This document shows, one piece after another, positions 39,968 to 49,458 of a stretch of DNA of 64,000 nucleotides. Every line of letters begins with the position of its first letter. Within the stretch, counting starts at the first letter, position 1. The DNA lies in NCBI GenBank assembly GCA_016874835.1, contig VGTB01000001.1, forward strand, positions 5,169 to 69,168, in the 5' to 3' direction. This DNA comes from Deltaproteobacteria bacterium (GTDB lineage Bacteria; Desulfobacterota; Syntrophia; Syntrophales; UBA2185). The position numbers and the translations under genes were made by a program. Below the pieces are notes generated by a model, which worked only from the letters and a program-made list of their open reading frames with translations, was not told the DNA's origin and did no database searches.

Positions 39968-40658
39968 TTTTAAAAAACTGGATCTGAAGCCTGGAAGCCG
40001 TGTTCTCGATGCGGGGTGCGGTACGGGACGTCATCTCTGTGAAGCCTTCCGTGCCCGGGGCGTTGATGTGATCGGTATCGATGTGAAATGGGAAGATCTC
40101 GCGAAAGCGAAGGGAATGCTTCATCTGATGAAGAATAGCGAGAGCGGGGCATGGATGATCGCCCTGGCGGATGTGACGAAGCTGCCGTTCAAAGATGCAT
40201 CGTTCGATGCGGTCATCTGTTCAGAAGTCCTCGAACACATTCCCGACGGTGTTGCCACCGTGGAAGAACTTCTGAGGGTCATAAAACCCGGAAAGGATCT
40301 CGTCGTGAGCGTTCCTTCTTATCTTCCGGAACGCATATGCTGGGCACTTTCAAAGAATTATCGGAAGGAGCCCGGGGGACATATACGCATATACAAAAAG
40401 AGGACATTACAGGATCTTTTGGAAAAAGCGGGTGCCAGGTGCTGGAAGATCAGTTACAAACATGCCCTCCATTCTCCTTACTGGTGGCTTAAGTGTGTTG
40501 TCGGCCATAACAATGACGGGTCACGACTTGTGAGGATATATAAGAGGTTTCTGGAATGGGATATTGTAAATCATCCTCCATTTGTCAGACTGATCGATGA
40601 ATTTTTGAATCCGTTGATTGCGAAGAGCGTAGTATTGTATCTGAGAAAAGGATGGTGA
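39954..40658 (+). CDS. Class I SAM-dependent methyltransferase
   Basis: VLDAGCGTGRH is motif I and FDAVICSEVLEHI is the post-I/II region. It overlaps the GT gene by 14 nt. Confidence 0.8.
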   Translation: MLTVDFKKLDLKPGSRVLDAGCGTGRHLCEAFRARGVDVIGIDVKWEDLAKAKGMLHLMKNSESGAWMIALADVTKLPFKDASFDAVICSEVLEHIPDGVATVEELLRVIKPGKDLVVSVPSYLPERICWALSKNYRKEPGGHIRIYKKRTLQDLLEKAGARCWKISYKHALHSPYWWLKCVVGHNNDGSRLVRIYKRFLEWDIVNHPPFVRLIDEFLNPLIAKSVVLYLRKGW

Positions 40659-40659
40659 T

Positions 40660-41712
40660 ATGCGACCGAATGTATCTCAGGCTGTTGACGATGTTTTTGT
40701 CGACGTCGATACCATGGCCGCATTTATTGCGGGAATGCAGAAGAAAAATGGAGAAATTCCCTGTTCTCTCGGAGGGAAAACGAACCCGTGGGATCTTGTG
40801 GAAAGCGCTATGGGATTATGCGTGGCCGGGCGGATAACGGAAGCGGAGCTGGCATATGAGTGGATGAAGTGTTTTCAGCTACCGGAAGGAAGCTGGTACG
40901 CGAGCTATAGAGACGGGATTCCCGAAGATAAGACGAGAGATACCAACGTATCGTCGTATATTGCGGTCGGTGTATTTCACCACTACATGATCACCGGTGA
41001 TGTATCCTTTCTCAGGCACATGTGGCCGACGGTCAAAGCGGGGGTTGATTATGCACTCGGCATGCAGGATCCATCGGGTGTGATTTACTGGGCAAAAAGT
41101 GGGGAGGGGGGTGTTGATCGCATGGCCCTCCTGACTGCTTCGAGTTCCGTCTATATGAGCATTAAATGTGCGCTTGCGATCGCATTTCTGATGGGAAAGA
41201 AAGTATCCGGCTGGAAGATGGGGCTTGAGAAGCTGGGCGATGCGATAAGGAACAGGCCCCATCTGTTTAATATGATGAAATCCCGTTATTCCATGGACTG
41301 GTACTACCCCATCCTCTGCGGTGCCGTGAGCGGTGCGGATGCGAGAAAAAGGGTTGATAAGTCATGGGACAAGTTCGTCGTACCGGGATGGGGGGTCCGC
41401 TGCGTTTCAGACAGGCCGTGGACGACTGTGGCGGAGACGTCGGAGCTCATAATCACGCTTGCTGCCATGGAAGAATACGATGAGGCGGCGAAGGTATTCA
41501 GCTGGATACAGGATAAGAGATACGATGATGGCTCCTACTGGATGGGGGTTACCTTTCCCGATGCGGTCGTGTGGCCGGAAGAAAAAACGTCGTGGACTTC
41601 TGCTGCGGTGCTCCTCGCCTATGATGCTTTGAATAACCTGACTCCCGCCAGTCGTCTGTTCAATCATCGTTTCTGGGATTTATCGGAACAATGGTTATCA
41701 TGTCGTCGATGA
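40660..41712 (+). CDS. Alpha/alpha-toroid-like protein (prenyltransferase/terpene-cyclase-like or GH15/GH63-like)
   Basis: It has repeated helical-hairpin signatures with aromatic-rich turns (GSWYASY, GVIYWAK, SMDWYYP, GSYWMG). The family assignment is by pattern only. Confidence 0.4.
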   Translation: MRPNVSQAVDDVFVDVDTMAAFIAGMQKKNGEIPCSLGGKTNPWDLVESAMGLCVAGRITEAELAYEWMKCFQLPEGSWYASYRDGIPEDKTRDTNVSSYIAVGVFHHYMITGDVSFLRHMWPTVKAGVDYALGMQDPSGVIYWAKSGEGGVDRMALLTASSSVYMSIKCALAIAFLMGKKVSGWKMGLEKLGDAIRNRPHLFNMMKSRYSMDWYYPILCGAVSGADARKRVDKSWDKFVVPGWGVRCVSDRPWTTVAETSELIITLAAMEEYDEAAKVFSWIQDKRYDDGSYWMGVTFPDAVVWPEEKTSWTSAAVLLAYDALNNLTPASRLFNHRFWDLSEQWLSCRR

Positions 41713-41751
41713 GAGGAATTTTCCGCCGGGAAATCTGAAGGGTTAAATTCA

Positions 41752-42474
41752 TTGAAAAGGGATCACCGTCCATATTTCGTCAAACGTCTTGATCTTTCAT
41801 TTCAGCAGTGGTACGCGAACCATTTTTTGCGTCCTCACTTTGATTATTTAGGAGAGGGGGCGTTGTTTCTGAGACCCTGGTATGTGGAAGTATTCGGAGG
41901 ACCTATCACAGTTGGTGACTTCGCGAACATCATCGCAACACCGGATAAGAGGGTGCGGTTGACTGTCTGGTCGAACACGGAAGCGGAGGGAAGTATCCAT
42001 ATAGGGAGGTTCTGCTTGATATGTCCCGGTGTTCGGATAAGTTCCGCTTTAGGGATATCGATTGGCGATAGCTGCATGATGGCACAGTCAGTGCACATCA
42101 CCGATTCGGATTGGCATGGTGTATATGATCGGGGAGAGCCCGTGGGCAAGTCAGCAGCGGTGAAAATAGGGAATAACGTCTGGTTGGGTGACAGCGCAAT
42201 AGTATGCAAGGGTGTCACGATTGGAGATAACAGCATTATCGGCGCAGGAGCAGTGGTTATCCGGGATATTCCTCCGGATGTTATTGCCGCGGGGAATCCT
42301 GCTACGGTCGTGAAAAAACTTGATGCGGACAGACCCGTGAGGACGAGGGCCGACTGGTTTGCGGAGCCCGATCTCTTAGCCGCTCAGTTTCGTGAGATCG
42401 ATCGTGAGATGTTAAAGGGAAATTCACTCGTAGGGTGGTTGCGCTCCCTGGTATTTCCGAAAAGGGGAGACTGA
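41752..42474 (+). CDS. Left-handed beta-helix (hexapeptide-repeat) acyltransferase
   Basis: Hexapeptide repeats run VKIGNNVWLGDSAIVCKGVTIGDNSIIGAGAVV. Confidence 0.75.
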   Translation: MKRDHRPYFVKRLDLSFQQWYANHFLRPHFDYLGEGALFLRPWYVEVFGGPITVGDFANIIATPDKRVRLTVWSNTEAEGSIHIGRFCLICPGVRISSALGISIGDSCMMAQSVHITDSDWHGVYDRGEPVGKSAAVKIGNNVWLGDSAIVCKGVTIGDNSIIGAGAVVIRDIPPDVIAAGNPATVVKKLDADRPVRTRADWFAEPDLLAAQFREIDREMLKGNSLVGWLRSLVFPKRGD

Positions 42475-44064
42475 ATGCGGGTTGCCGTGATAGCCCCACC
42501 ATATCCCCTGGAGGAGTGTCCTGCTCCTCCCCTGGGCGTGACGTATGTCGCCGCTGCCTTCGAAGCGGCGGGTGTCGATGTCAAAATTATTGATTACATA
42601 ATATCAAAATACAGCCGTGAAAAGCTGATCCGTGAACTTGATTCCTTCAGACCGCACATTGTCGGTGTTACCTCGGTGACAATGAATTTCCCTGTCGCTG
42701 TTGATATTGTGAGGGCCGTCAAGGTGTATGATGAATCCATATTGACGGTGATGGGAGGGCCTCATGTATCGTTCGCCGCATTCTCCGCGTTATCTGCAAA
42801 TCCGGAAATTGATGTGGTCGTGACAGGTGAAGGCGAACGGACGATTCCCGAGCTTGCGACATGTGTTGCAAAAAAGTCTGGACTCGGGAACGTAAGGGGT
42901 ATCGTCTACCGGCACAATGGTGCGATTGTGAACACCGGATGGCGGGAATTCATTGATGATCTGGATACGCTTCCTCTGCCGGCGCGCCATTTGCTGCCGC
43001 TTTCCCGGTATCAGGCCCTGGGTTATCCGATCAGCATTATCACCGGCAGGGGATGTCCGTATTCGTGCATATTCTGTCTGGGGAGAAGGATGGTGGGGAA
43101 AAAAGTCCGCCAGAGGTCGGCACCTCTGATCGTTGACGAGATAGAACAGATCCTTTCGTACGGACTGAACAGGATAAACATTGCGGATGACCTGTTCACA
43201 TCGAGTAAAAAAAAGGTCAAAGAGGTGTGCAGGGAGATCCATGAGAGGGGATTGAGATTTGCCTGGAGCGCTTTCGCGCGAGTAGACACCGTTGATGGCG
43301 AAATGCTGGAGCTCATGCGCGATACCGGGTGTGACAGCATAAGCTTTGGTGTCGAATCGGGAAACCGGGAAATGTTGAAACGCATAAAAAAGGGAATCAG
43401 CCTGGATGGCGTGAGGCGTGCGGTGAAGCTCTGTAAAGAGGTCGGAATCACTGCCCATGCATCATTCATGGTGGGACTGCCCGGCGAATCGCATGAAACG
43501 CTGAGTGACACCAGGGAATTTGCGGAAAGTCTGGGCATCATGTACGGATACCATTTCTTTTCCCCGTTCCCGGGAACGGAGGCAAGGGAATCCGTAGGCA
43601 GGTATGACCTGGAGATTCTCATGAATGATTGGTGCCGTTACGATGCGAACAGCGCGGTCGTGAGCACGTCAAAACTGTCTCCGGAGGAAATGAATGAATT
43701 TGTTGCCAGCTTCGATAAGGAGATGCAAGGACTCTGGGAAGAAAAGGTGAAAGGGTATCGTGAGGGAACGAATTTGCCTGAGGATGATCTCCGGGTGAAG
43801 GGACACTTCAGGACGCAGCTGGTCTATAAACTCCTGTCGGAAGATCTGATTGAAGACAGCGGTGAAGTACCCGCTGATACTCCCCATTGCCCATTGGGGG
43901 AAGCTTTCGGAGCACTTGTGAGGAGGATTGTTGAGAGAACCGGAGCCGATGAGAATTTGGTTCACGAAACGATTAAAAGTTTCGCTGTCTCAGGCTATAT
44001 AAAATCGCGGGAGATCGGCGGACGTACCGTATGGTACTGGACACATAATAACAGAACGGATTGA
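42475..44064 (+). CDS. B12-binding-domain radical SAM protein
   Basis: The N-terminus is Rossmann-like and B12-binding (MRVAVIAPPYP...VGVTSV). The CX3CX2C motif is GRGCPYSCIFC. The ATG directly abuts the upstream stop. Confidence 0.85.
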   Translation: MRVAVIAPPYPLEECPAPPLGVTYVAAAFEAAGVDVKIIDYIISKYSREKLIRELDSFRPHIVGVTSVTMNFPVAVDIVRAVKVYDESILTVMGGPHVSFAAFSALSANPEIDVVVTGEGERTIPELATCVAKKSGLGNVRGIVYRHNGAIVNTGWREFIDDLDTLPLPARHLLPLSRYQALGYPISIITGRGCPYSCIFCLGRRMVGKKVRQRSAPLIVDEIEQILSYGLNRINIADDLFTSSKKKVKEVCREIHERGLRFAWSAFARVDTVDGEMLELMRDTGCDSISFGVESGNREMLKRIKKGISLDGVRRAVKLCKEVGITAHASFMVGLPGESHETLSDTREFAESLGIMYGYHFFSPFPGTEARESVGRYDLEILMNDWCRYDANSAVVSTSKLSPEEMNEFVASFDKEMQGLWEEKVKGYREGTNLPEDDLRVKGHFRTQLVYKLLSEDLIEDSGEVPADTPHCPLGEAFGALVRRIVERTGADENLVHETIKSFAVSGYIKSREIGGRTVWYWTHNNRTD

Positions 44065-44068
44065 TCTT

Positions 44069-44740
44069 CTAAGCGCGCTGCAATATTCCCAGCGTATTCA
44101 CCATCGGGAGTTCCCTGAAAAGACCGGAAGATACGGCAATGTGATAGACCCGGTACGGCGCCTGTCCCCCTTTCGCAGGATCCGGGAAGATGTCGTGGAT
44201 GGCAAGAAATCCACCCGGCATGAGGTGTGATATCCAGTTGTGGTAATCCGAGGAGACCGCCTCAAAAGTGTGACTGCCGTCGATGAATACCATGCTCAGC
44301 GGTGTCGACCAGAGCCGGGAGACAACATCCGATCGAGCAACGATGGGGACAACCGTATCTTCCAGAGCAAGTTCACGAATCACTTTTCTGAAAATTCTGA
44401 ATGTGTCGATCAATCCGGTTTCTCCGTCAATGAGATCGGGATCAAAGAACTCCTCTCCTGGTTGCTGTTCCTCTGAACCTCTGTGGTGATCAATGGAGAA
44501 AAGGATGCCGCCGTTTTCCTTGCATCCCATTCCTATGTATGCAGCAGACTTTCCGCAATAACTGCCTATTTCCAGACAGGGACCGAATCTGCTGGCCGCC
44601 CGTCCCAGTTCATAAAGCCGTAGTGCCTCGTCGTTTGCCAGGAAACCCTTGAAAACAAAAGATTTTAACTTTTCAATGGAGGCCATATCTGTTGAGCCTT
44701 TCACGAAAGAAGTATCTGTTGTATTGATTGATGTATTCAT
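44069..44740 (-). CDS. Class I SAM-dependent methyltransferase (Methyltransf_24 / CmcI-like)
   Basis: LEIGSYCGKSAAYIG and FSIDHHRGSEE are present. It is convergent, ending 4 nt from the radical SAM stop. Confidence 0.7.
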   Translation of the reverse strand: MNTSINTTDTSFVKGSTDMASIEKLKSFVFKGFLANDEALRLYELGRAASRFGPCLEIGSYCGKSAAYIGMGCKENGGILFSIDHHRGSEEQQPGEEFFDPDLIDGETGLIDTFRIFRKVIRELALEDTVVPIVARSDVVSRLWSTPLSMVFIDGSHTFEAVSSDYHNWISHLMPGGFLAIHDIFPDPAKGGQAPYRVYHIAVSSGLFRELPMVNTLGILQRA

Positions 44741-44866
44741 ATACTTACCGGAGTGCGGTATTGCAAGGGTCTATCTTCTGCGCCACAGGTTTTTTAGTAG
44801 ATTTTTCTTTGTTTCGAAACGGAGATTTGCTTCATCATATTTCCAGGAGAGACATTATTTTTTTGC

Positions 44867-44920
44867 TTGATTATATCAATATGTAGTGGTACTATCATAC
44901 CCTACCCCAATATATTGATG
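44867..44920 (+). promoter_or_regulatory. nrdD promoter with two NrdR-box-like palindromes
   Basis: TTGATT (44867-72), a 17-nt spacer, then TACTAT (44890-95). Box 1 tatCAATATGTAGtgg (44874-89) fills the spacer. Box 2 cccCAATATATTGatg (44905-20) lies 31 bp downstream. Confidence 0.6.
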
Positions 44921-44979
44921 AATATTGAACGGGATACAGAAGGTGCTTTCGTTCCGGAAAGCAGGGAGGGAGGTTTCTC

Positions 44980-47058
44980 ATGCATGAAAAGATAAGAAAA
45001 AGAGACGGTCGCTTGGTGAAGTTTAATGCGGAGAAGATTACCAGCGCAATTGCCAAGGCAGGGGCAGCAACAGGAGAATTCGACGCGGCAGTGGCGAGAA
45101 AACTGACCATAAAGGTTCTCAACTTAGCGGAGAATCTCTTCAATGATGCGATTTTGAATGTTGAGGAAATACAGGATATTGTTGAGGAAATTCTTCTTGG
45201 TTCTCCCTATCGCCGGACTGCAAAGGCCTATATCATATACAGAGATCAGCATGCAAGGTTGAGAGAGATTACCAATAAGATGGAGGTTGATTTAGTTGAC
45301 CAGTACCTGAAGAAAAAAGACTGGAAGATTAATGAAAACAGTAACATGGATTATTCCCTGCAGGGACTGAATAACTATATATCTTCGGAAGTGAGCAAGG
45401 TGTACTGGTTGAACGAGATTTACTCGCCGGAGGTGAGAAAAGCTCATACGGACGGTGATTTTCACATCCACGATTTAAGTCTTCTTTCCGTATACTGTGT
45501 CGGATGGGATCTGTATGATCTCCTCATTGAGGGATTCAGGGGTGTTTCCGGGAAGGTGGAAAGCAAACCGGCGAAACATCTTCGGAGCGCCTTGGGACAG
45601 GTAGTGAATTTCTTTTATACCCTCCAGGGGGAAGCGGCGGGAGCACAGGCATTCTCCAATTTTGATACCCTTCTGGCACCCTTTATTCGGTATGACGGTT
45701 TGAGTTATACGGAGATAAGGCAGGCATTGCAGGAATTTATTTTTAATATCAATGTGCCGACAAGGGTAGGATTTCAAACTCCGTTTACGAATGTCACCCT
45801 TGACGTAACTATGCCCAGGTATTATGCGGAACAGAATGTTATTATCGGTGGCAAGCCGCAGAAGGAAACGTATGGTGAATTCCAGGAGGAAATGAATCTG
45901 TTCAATAAGGCGTTCCTCCAGGTCATGGCGGATGGGGATGCCAAGGGAAGAGTTTTTACGTTTCCGATACCGACATATAATATCACAAAAGATTTTAACT
46001 GGGATGATGCCAATCTTGTATCCCTGTGGGAGATGACCGCAAAGTATGGTGTGCCTTATTTTTCCAATTTTATCAATTCGGATATGAAGCCGGAAGATGC
46101 CAGGAGCATGTGCTGCAGACTCCGTATTGATAACAGGGAATTGGAGAAAAGAGGAGGGGGCTTGTTTGGTTCAAATCCATTAACCGGTTCCATCGGTGTG
46201 ATTACCATGAATATGCCGAGAATCGGGTACTTGTCCTCTACTGAGGATGATTTCATCTCCCGCCTTGAGAGACTGATGGTTATTGCCAAGGAAAGCCTCG
46301 AAACCAAGAGAAAAGTTCTCGAGAAATTTACGGATGGAAATCTCTATCCCTATACGAAGTATTATCTCAGAGACATTAAAAAACGTTTTAATGCGTACTG
46401 GAAGAATCACTTTTCAACGATCGGGCTCGTGGGCATGAACGAAGCGTGTCTCAACTTCCTGGGTAAAAATATCGCGACGCCGGAAGGCCAGGAATTCACT
46501 CAGAAAATACTGGATTTTATGAGAGGTAATCTTTTGGAATTTCAGAAGGAAACGGGGAATAATTACAATCTTGAATCGACTCCCGCAGAAGGAACTTCTT
46601 ACCGTCTTGCGAGAATTGACAAGGTGAAATATCCGGATATGATCTTTGCCAATCAGAACAGCGGGAGTGAGCCCTTCTACACGAATTCATCTCAACTGCC
46701 GGTAAATTTCACGGAGGATATTTTTGAGGCCCTTGACCTGCAGGATACCATCCAGTCGAAATACACCGGAGGGACCGTCTTCCATACATATGCCGGCGAG
46801 CGTATTCAAAATTCTGATGCGGTGAAAACACTCGTCAAGAAAATCTGCACGTCCTACCATCTCCCTTACCTGACCTTTACGCCTACATTCAGTGTCTGTC
46901 CAACTCACGGATATTTGAGCGGTGAGAAGGATCGATGTCCAACCTGCGCGGAGCCATGTGAAGTATATTCGCGGGTGGTCGGTTATTTACGGCCTGTGAA
47001 GCAGTGGAACCGGGGCAAGCGGGAGGAATTCAAAACCAGAAGAGCCTTCAACTTTTAA
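44980..47058 (+). CDS. nrdD: Anaerobic ribonucleoside-triphosphate reductase (class III)
   Basis: It has an N-terminal ATP-cone (KRDGRLVKFNAEKI), a C-terminal Zn site CPxxGY..CPTC and the glycyl-radical region RVVGYLRPV. Confidence 0.93.
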   Translation: MHEKIRKRDGRLVKFNAEKITSAIAKAGAATGEFDAAVARKLTIKVLNLAENLFNDAILNVEEIQDIVEEILLGSPYRRTAKAYIIYRDQHARLREITNKMEVDLVDQYLKKKDWKINENSNMDYSLQGLNNYISSEVSKVYWLNEIYSPEVRKAHTDGDFHIHDLSLLSVYCVGWDLYDLLIEGFRGVSGKVESKPAKHLRSALGQVVNFFYTLQGEAAGAQAFSNFDTLLAPFIRYDGLSYTEIRQALQEFIFNINVPTRVGFQTPFTNVTLDVTMPRYYAEQNVIIGGKPQKETYGEFQEEMNLFNKAFLQVMADGDAKGRVFTFPIPTYNITKDFNWDDANLVSLWEMTAKYGVPYFSNFINSDMKPEDARSMCCRLRIDNRELEKRGGGLFGSNPLTGSIGVITMNMPRIGYLSSTEDDFISRLERLMVIAKESLETKRKVLEKFTDGNLYPYTKYYLRDIKKRFNAYWKNHFSTIGLVGMNEACLNFLGKNIATPEGQEFTQKILDFMRGNLLEFQKETGNNYNLESTPAEGTSYRLARIDKVKYPDMIFANQNSGSEPFYTNSSQLPVNFTEDIFEALDLQDTIQSKYTGGTVFHTYAGERIQNSDAVKTLVKKICTSYHLPYLTFTPTFSVCPTHGYLSGEKDRCPTCAEPCEVYSRVVGYLRPVKQWNRGKREEFKTRRAFNF

Positions 47059-47059
47059 A

Positions 47060-47749
47060 ATGCAGATCGGTGCCTTACAGAAGGTTTCATTGATAGAATA
47101 CCCGGGAAAGATATGTGCGGTCGTATTTACCCAGGGGTGCAATTTCAAGTGCCCCTATTGTCATAATCCGGAGTTGGTAAAACCTGATTTGTACGGCGAG
47201 TGTCTGCGGGAGGATGAAATTCTTTCGTTCCTTGAGAAACGAAGAGGCAAATTGGATGCCGTAAATATAACTGGTGGTGAACCAACAATTCAACATGACT
47301 TGATAGACTTTGTGAAACGTGTTAAGAAAAAAGGGTATTTGGTGAAAGTTGATTCAAACGGATCTGTTCCCGAGGTACTGAAGGCTCTCATAAAGGGAAA
47401 AGAGGTAGATTATATCGCGATGGATATAAAGGGGCCTCTTGATAAATATAACACGATCACCCGGTCTCAGATTCAAGAGGATGTGATTAAGGAGAGCATT
47501 GAAATAATCATGAGATCCGACGTGCCCTATGAATTCCGCACAACAGTGTCGAAATCCCTATTGGGTGAAAACGACCTTCTGGAAATAGGTAATCTTATCA
47601 GGAATGCCCGCCTCTATATTCTCCAGCAATTCGTTCCTTCCAAGACTCTGGATAAAAAGTTTATGAAGGAAGAGACATACTCGCGTAAGGAGCTTGAATC
47701 TATAGCGCAAAAGCTCATACGGAAGATTCCCCAGGTGCTCGTAAGGTAA
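47060..47749 (+). CDS. nrdG: Anaerobic RNR activating radical SAM protein
   Basis: CNFKCPYCHN and ITGGEP are present, and it lies immediately downstream of nrdD. Confidence 0.88.
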   Translation: MQIGALQKVSLIEYPGKICAVVFTQGCNFKCPYCHNPELVKPDLYGECLREDEILSFLEKRRGKLDAVNITGGEPTIQHDLIDFVKRVKKKGYLVKVDSNGSVPEVLKALIKGKEVDYIAMDIKGPLDKYNTITRSQIQEDVIKESIEIIMRSDVPYEFRTTVSKSLLGENDLLEIGNLIRNARLYILQQFVPSKTLDKKFMKEETYSRKELESIAQKLIRKIPQVLVR

Positions 47750-47786
47750 TTTGTCGTGAAGACAACTCAATCGGGTATGGTGTCCA

Positions 47787-49454
47787 ATGGATAAGGATAA
47801 AGGGTCAGGTTCATTCAGCTTTACTGAGAATGAACAGATAAACCGTCTGCTGAGCAAGCTGGTATCCGACGTGAAAGGTTTTACGGAAAGTCAGCTTGAT
47901 CAAATAAGGCGGCTTACCCAGATCGGCTCGGCTCTGTCGGCGGAAAAGAGACTTGACAGGCTCCTGGAAATGATCGTGGACGAAGCGAGAGAGTTTACCA
48001 GTGCCGATGGCGGGACACTTTACATCATGTCCGATGATGAGACGGAGCTCCAATTTGCCATCGTTCAGAACGATACCTTGAACGTCCGTATGGGGGGAAC
48101 CGGTGGGAAGATTACCTGGCCGTCTGTAAGATTGCGGAATCCGGACGGTAGTCCCAATCATGCGAATGTTTCGGCTTATGCAGCCCTCACGGGCCAGGTG
48201 GTAAATATCGGTGATGTGTATCATGCCGAAGGCTTCAACTTTGAGGGTACACGAAAATTCGATGCCGAAACGGGCTACCGGTCGAAATCCATGCTGGTCG
48301 TACCGTTATGTAATCATGAAAACGATATTATCGGTGTGCTCCAGCTGATAAATGCGCGGTTTTCAATAACAAATGAGGTTATATCGTTTTCAATAGAAAA
48401 TCAGAAGATGACAGAATCTCTGGCGTCTCAGGCGGCGGTGGCACTCTCCAATAATCGCCTCATTCAGGATCTTGAGAATTTGCTGGAAGCGTTTATTAAA
48501 ACGATAGCCATGACAATTGATGAAAAATCACCCTATACCGGAGGTCATGTGCGCCGTGTTTCAGAATTGACGATGGCAATTGCGGAGAAGATAAACAATG
48601 CCACGGAAGGGCCTTTTGCGAATGTGTCCTTCAATGACGACAGATTGAAGGAACTGCGTATCTCTGCATGGCTTCACGATGTGGGAAAGATAACCACTCC
48701 GGAATATATTATTGATAAGGCAAAGAAACTGCAGACGATTTATGACAGAATTGAAACGTTGAAAATGCGCTTTGAAATACTCAAAAGAGACTATGTGATC
48801 GAGGCGTTAAAGAAGAAACTGGCAGACAGGGATGATGCCGGTGAAGAAAAGGTCGATGGGTATGAGGCATACCTCGAAGAGTTGAAAAAAGAATTTGATT
48901 TTCTCGTCGATGTGAACACAGGAAGCACCTTTATGGATGAGCAGTTGATGGAGAAATTACAGAAGGTATCTTCGAGAAAATGGGTTATGAACGGACTCAC
49001 GCAAAATCTTGCCGGCAATGATGAGTTTGACAACCTCAGTATACCCCAGGGTACACTTACGATTGAAGAGAAAGAAATTATAAGGAATCATGTCACTGTT
49101 ACGTATAAAATGCTTTCCCAGCTTCCCTTCCCTAAGAAGTTTCGGAGCGTTTCTGGTTATGCCTCCTTCCACCATGAGCGCCTTGATGGTGAAGGGTACC
49201 CCTTTGGTTTAAAAGGTGCTGATATTCCCCTGCAGGCTCGAATTATCGCGTTAGCGGATATTTTCGACGCGTTGACGGCAAAAGACAGGCCCTACAAAAA
49301 GGAAAAGACTCTTTCTGAGGCGCTTGCGATCATGAGATCTATGGTTGAAGCAAATCATATAGACGGAGAACTTTTTGACCTGTTTATCAAGGAACGCATT
49401 TATCTTGACTACGCACAGAAAGAACTTACACCGCGGCAGATTGATATGCGTTGA
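47787..49454 (+). CDS. GAF domain / HD-GYP domain signalling protein
   Basis: It has a GAF domain (~aa 50-230), then HD (WLHDVGK) and a long insertion, then HHERLDGEGYP. Confidence 0.8.
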   Translation: MDKDKGSGSFSFTENEQINRLLSKLVSDVKGFTESQLDQIRRLTQIGSALSAEKRLDRLLEMIVDEAREFTSADGGTLYIMSDDETELQFAIVQNDTLNVRMGGTGGKITWPSVRLRNPDGSPNHANVSAYAALTGQVVNIGDVYHAEGFNFEGTRKFDAETGYRSKSMLVVPLCNHENDIIGVLQLINARFSITNEVISFSIENQKMTESLASQAAVALSNNRLIQDLENLLEAFIKTIAMTIDEKSPYTGGHVRRVSELTMAIAEKINNATEGPFANVSFNDDRLKELRISAWLHDVGKITTPEYIIDKAKKLQTIYDRIETLKMRFEILKRDYVIEALKKKLADRDDAGEEKVDGYEAYLEELKKEFDFLVDVNTGSTFMDEQLMEKLQKVSSRKWVMNGLTQNLAGNDEFDNLSIPQGTLTIEEKEIIRNHVTVTYKMLSQLPFPKKFRSVSGYASFHHERLDGEGYPFGLKGADIPLQARIIALADIFDALTAKDRPYKKEKTLSEALAIMRSMVEANHIDGELFDLFIKERIYLDYAQKELTPRQIDMR

Positions 49455-49458
49455 GGCA

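Noticed and set aside
42790-43622. Minus-strand ORFs (42790-43458, 43023-43622) antisense to the radical SAM gene
   Set aside because: They are shadow ORFs. The plus-strand product has the CX3CX2C motif and a B12-binding domain.
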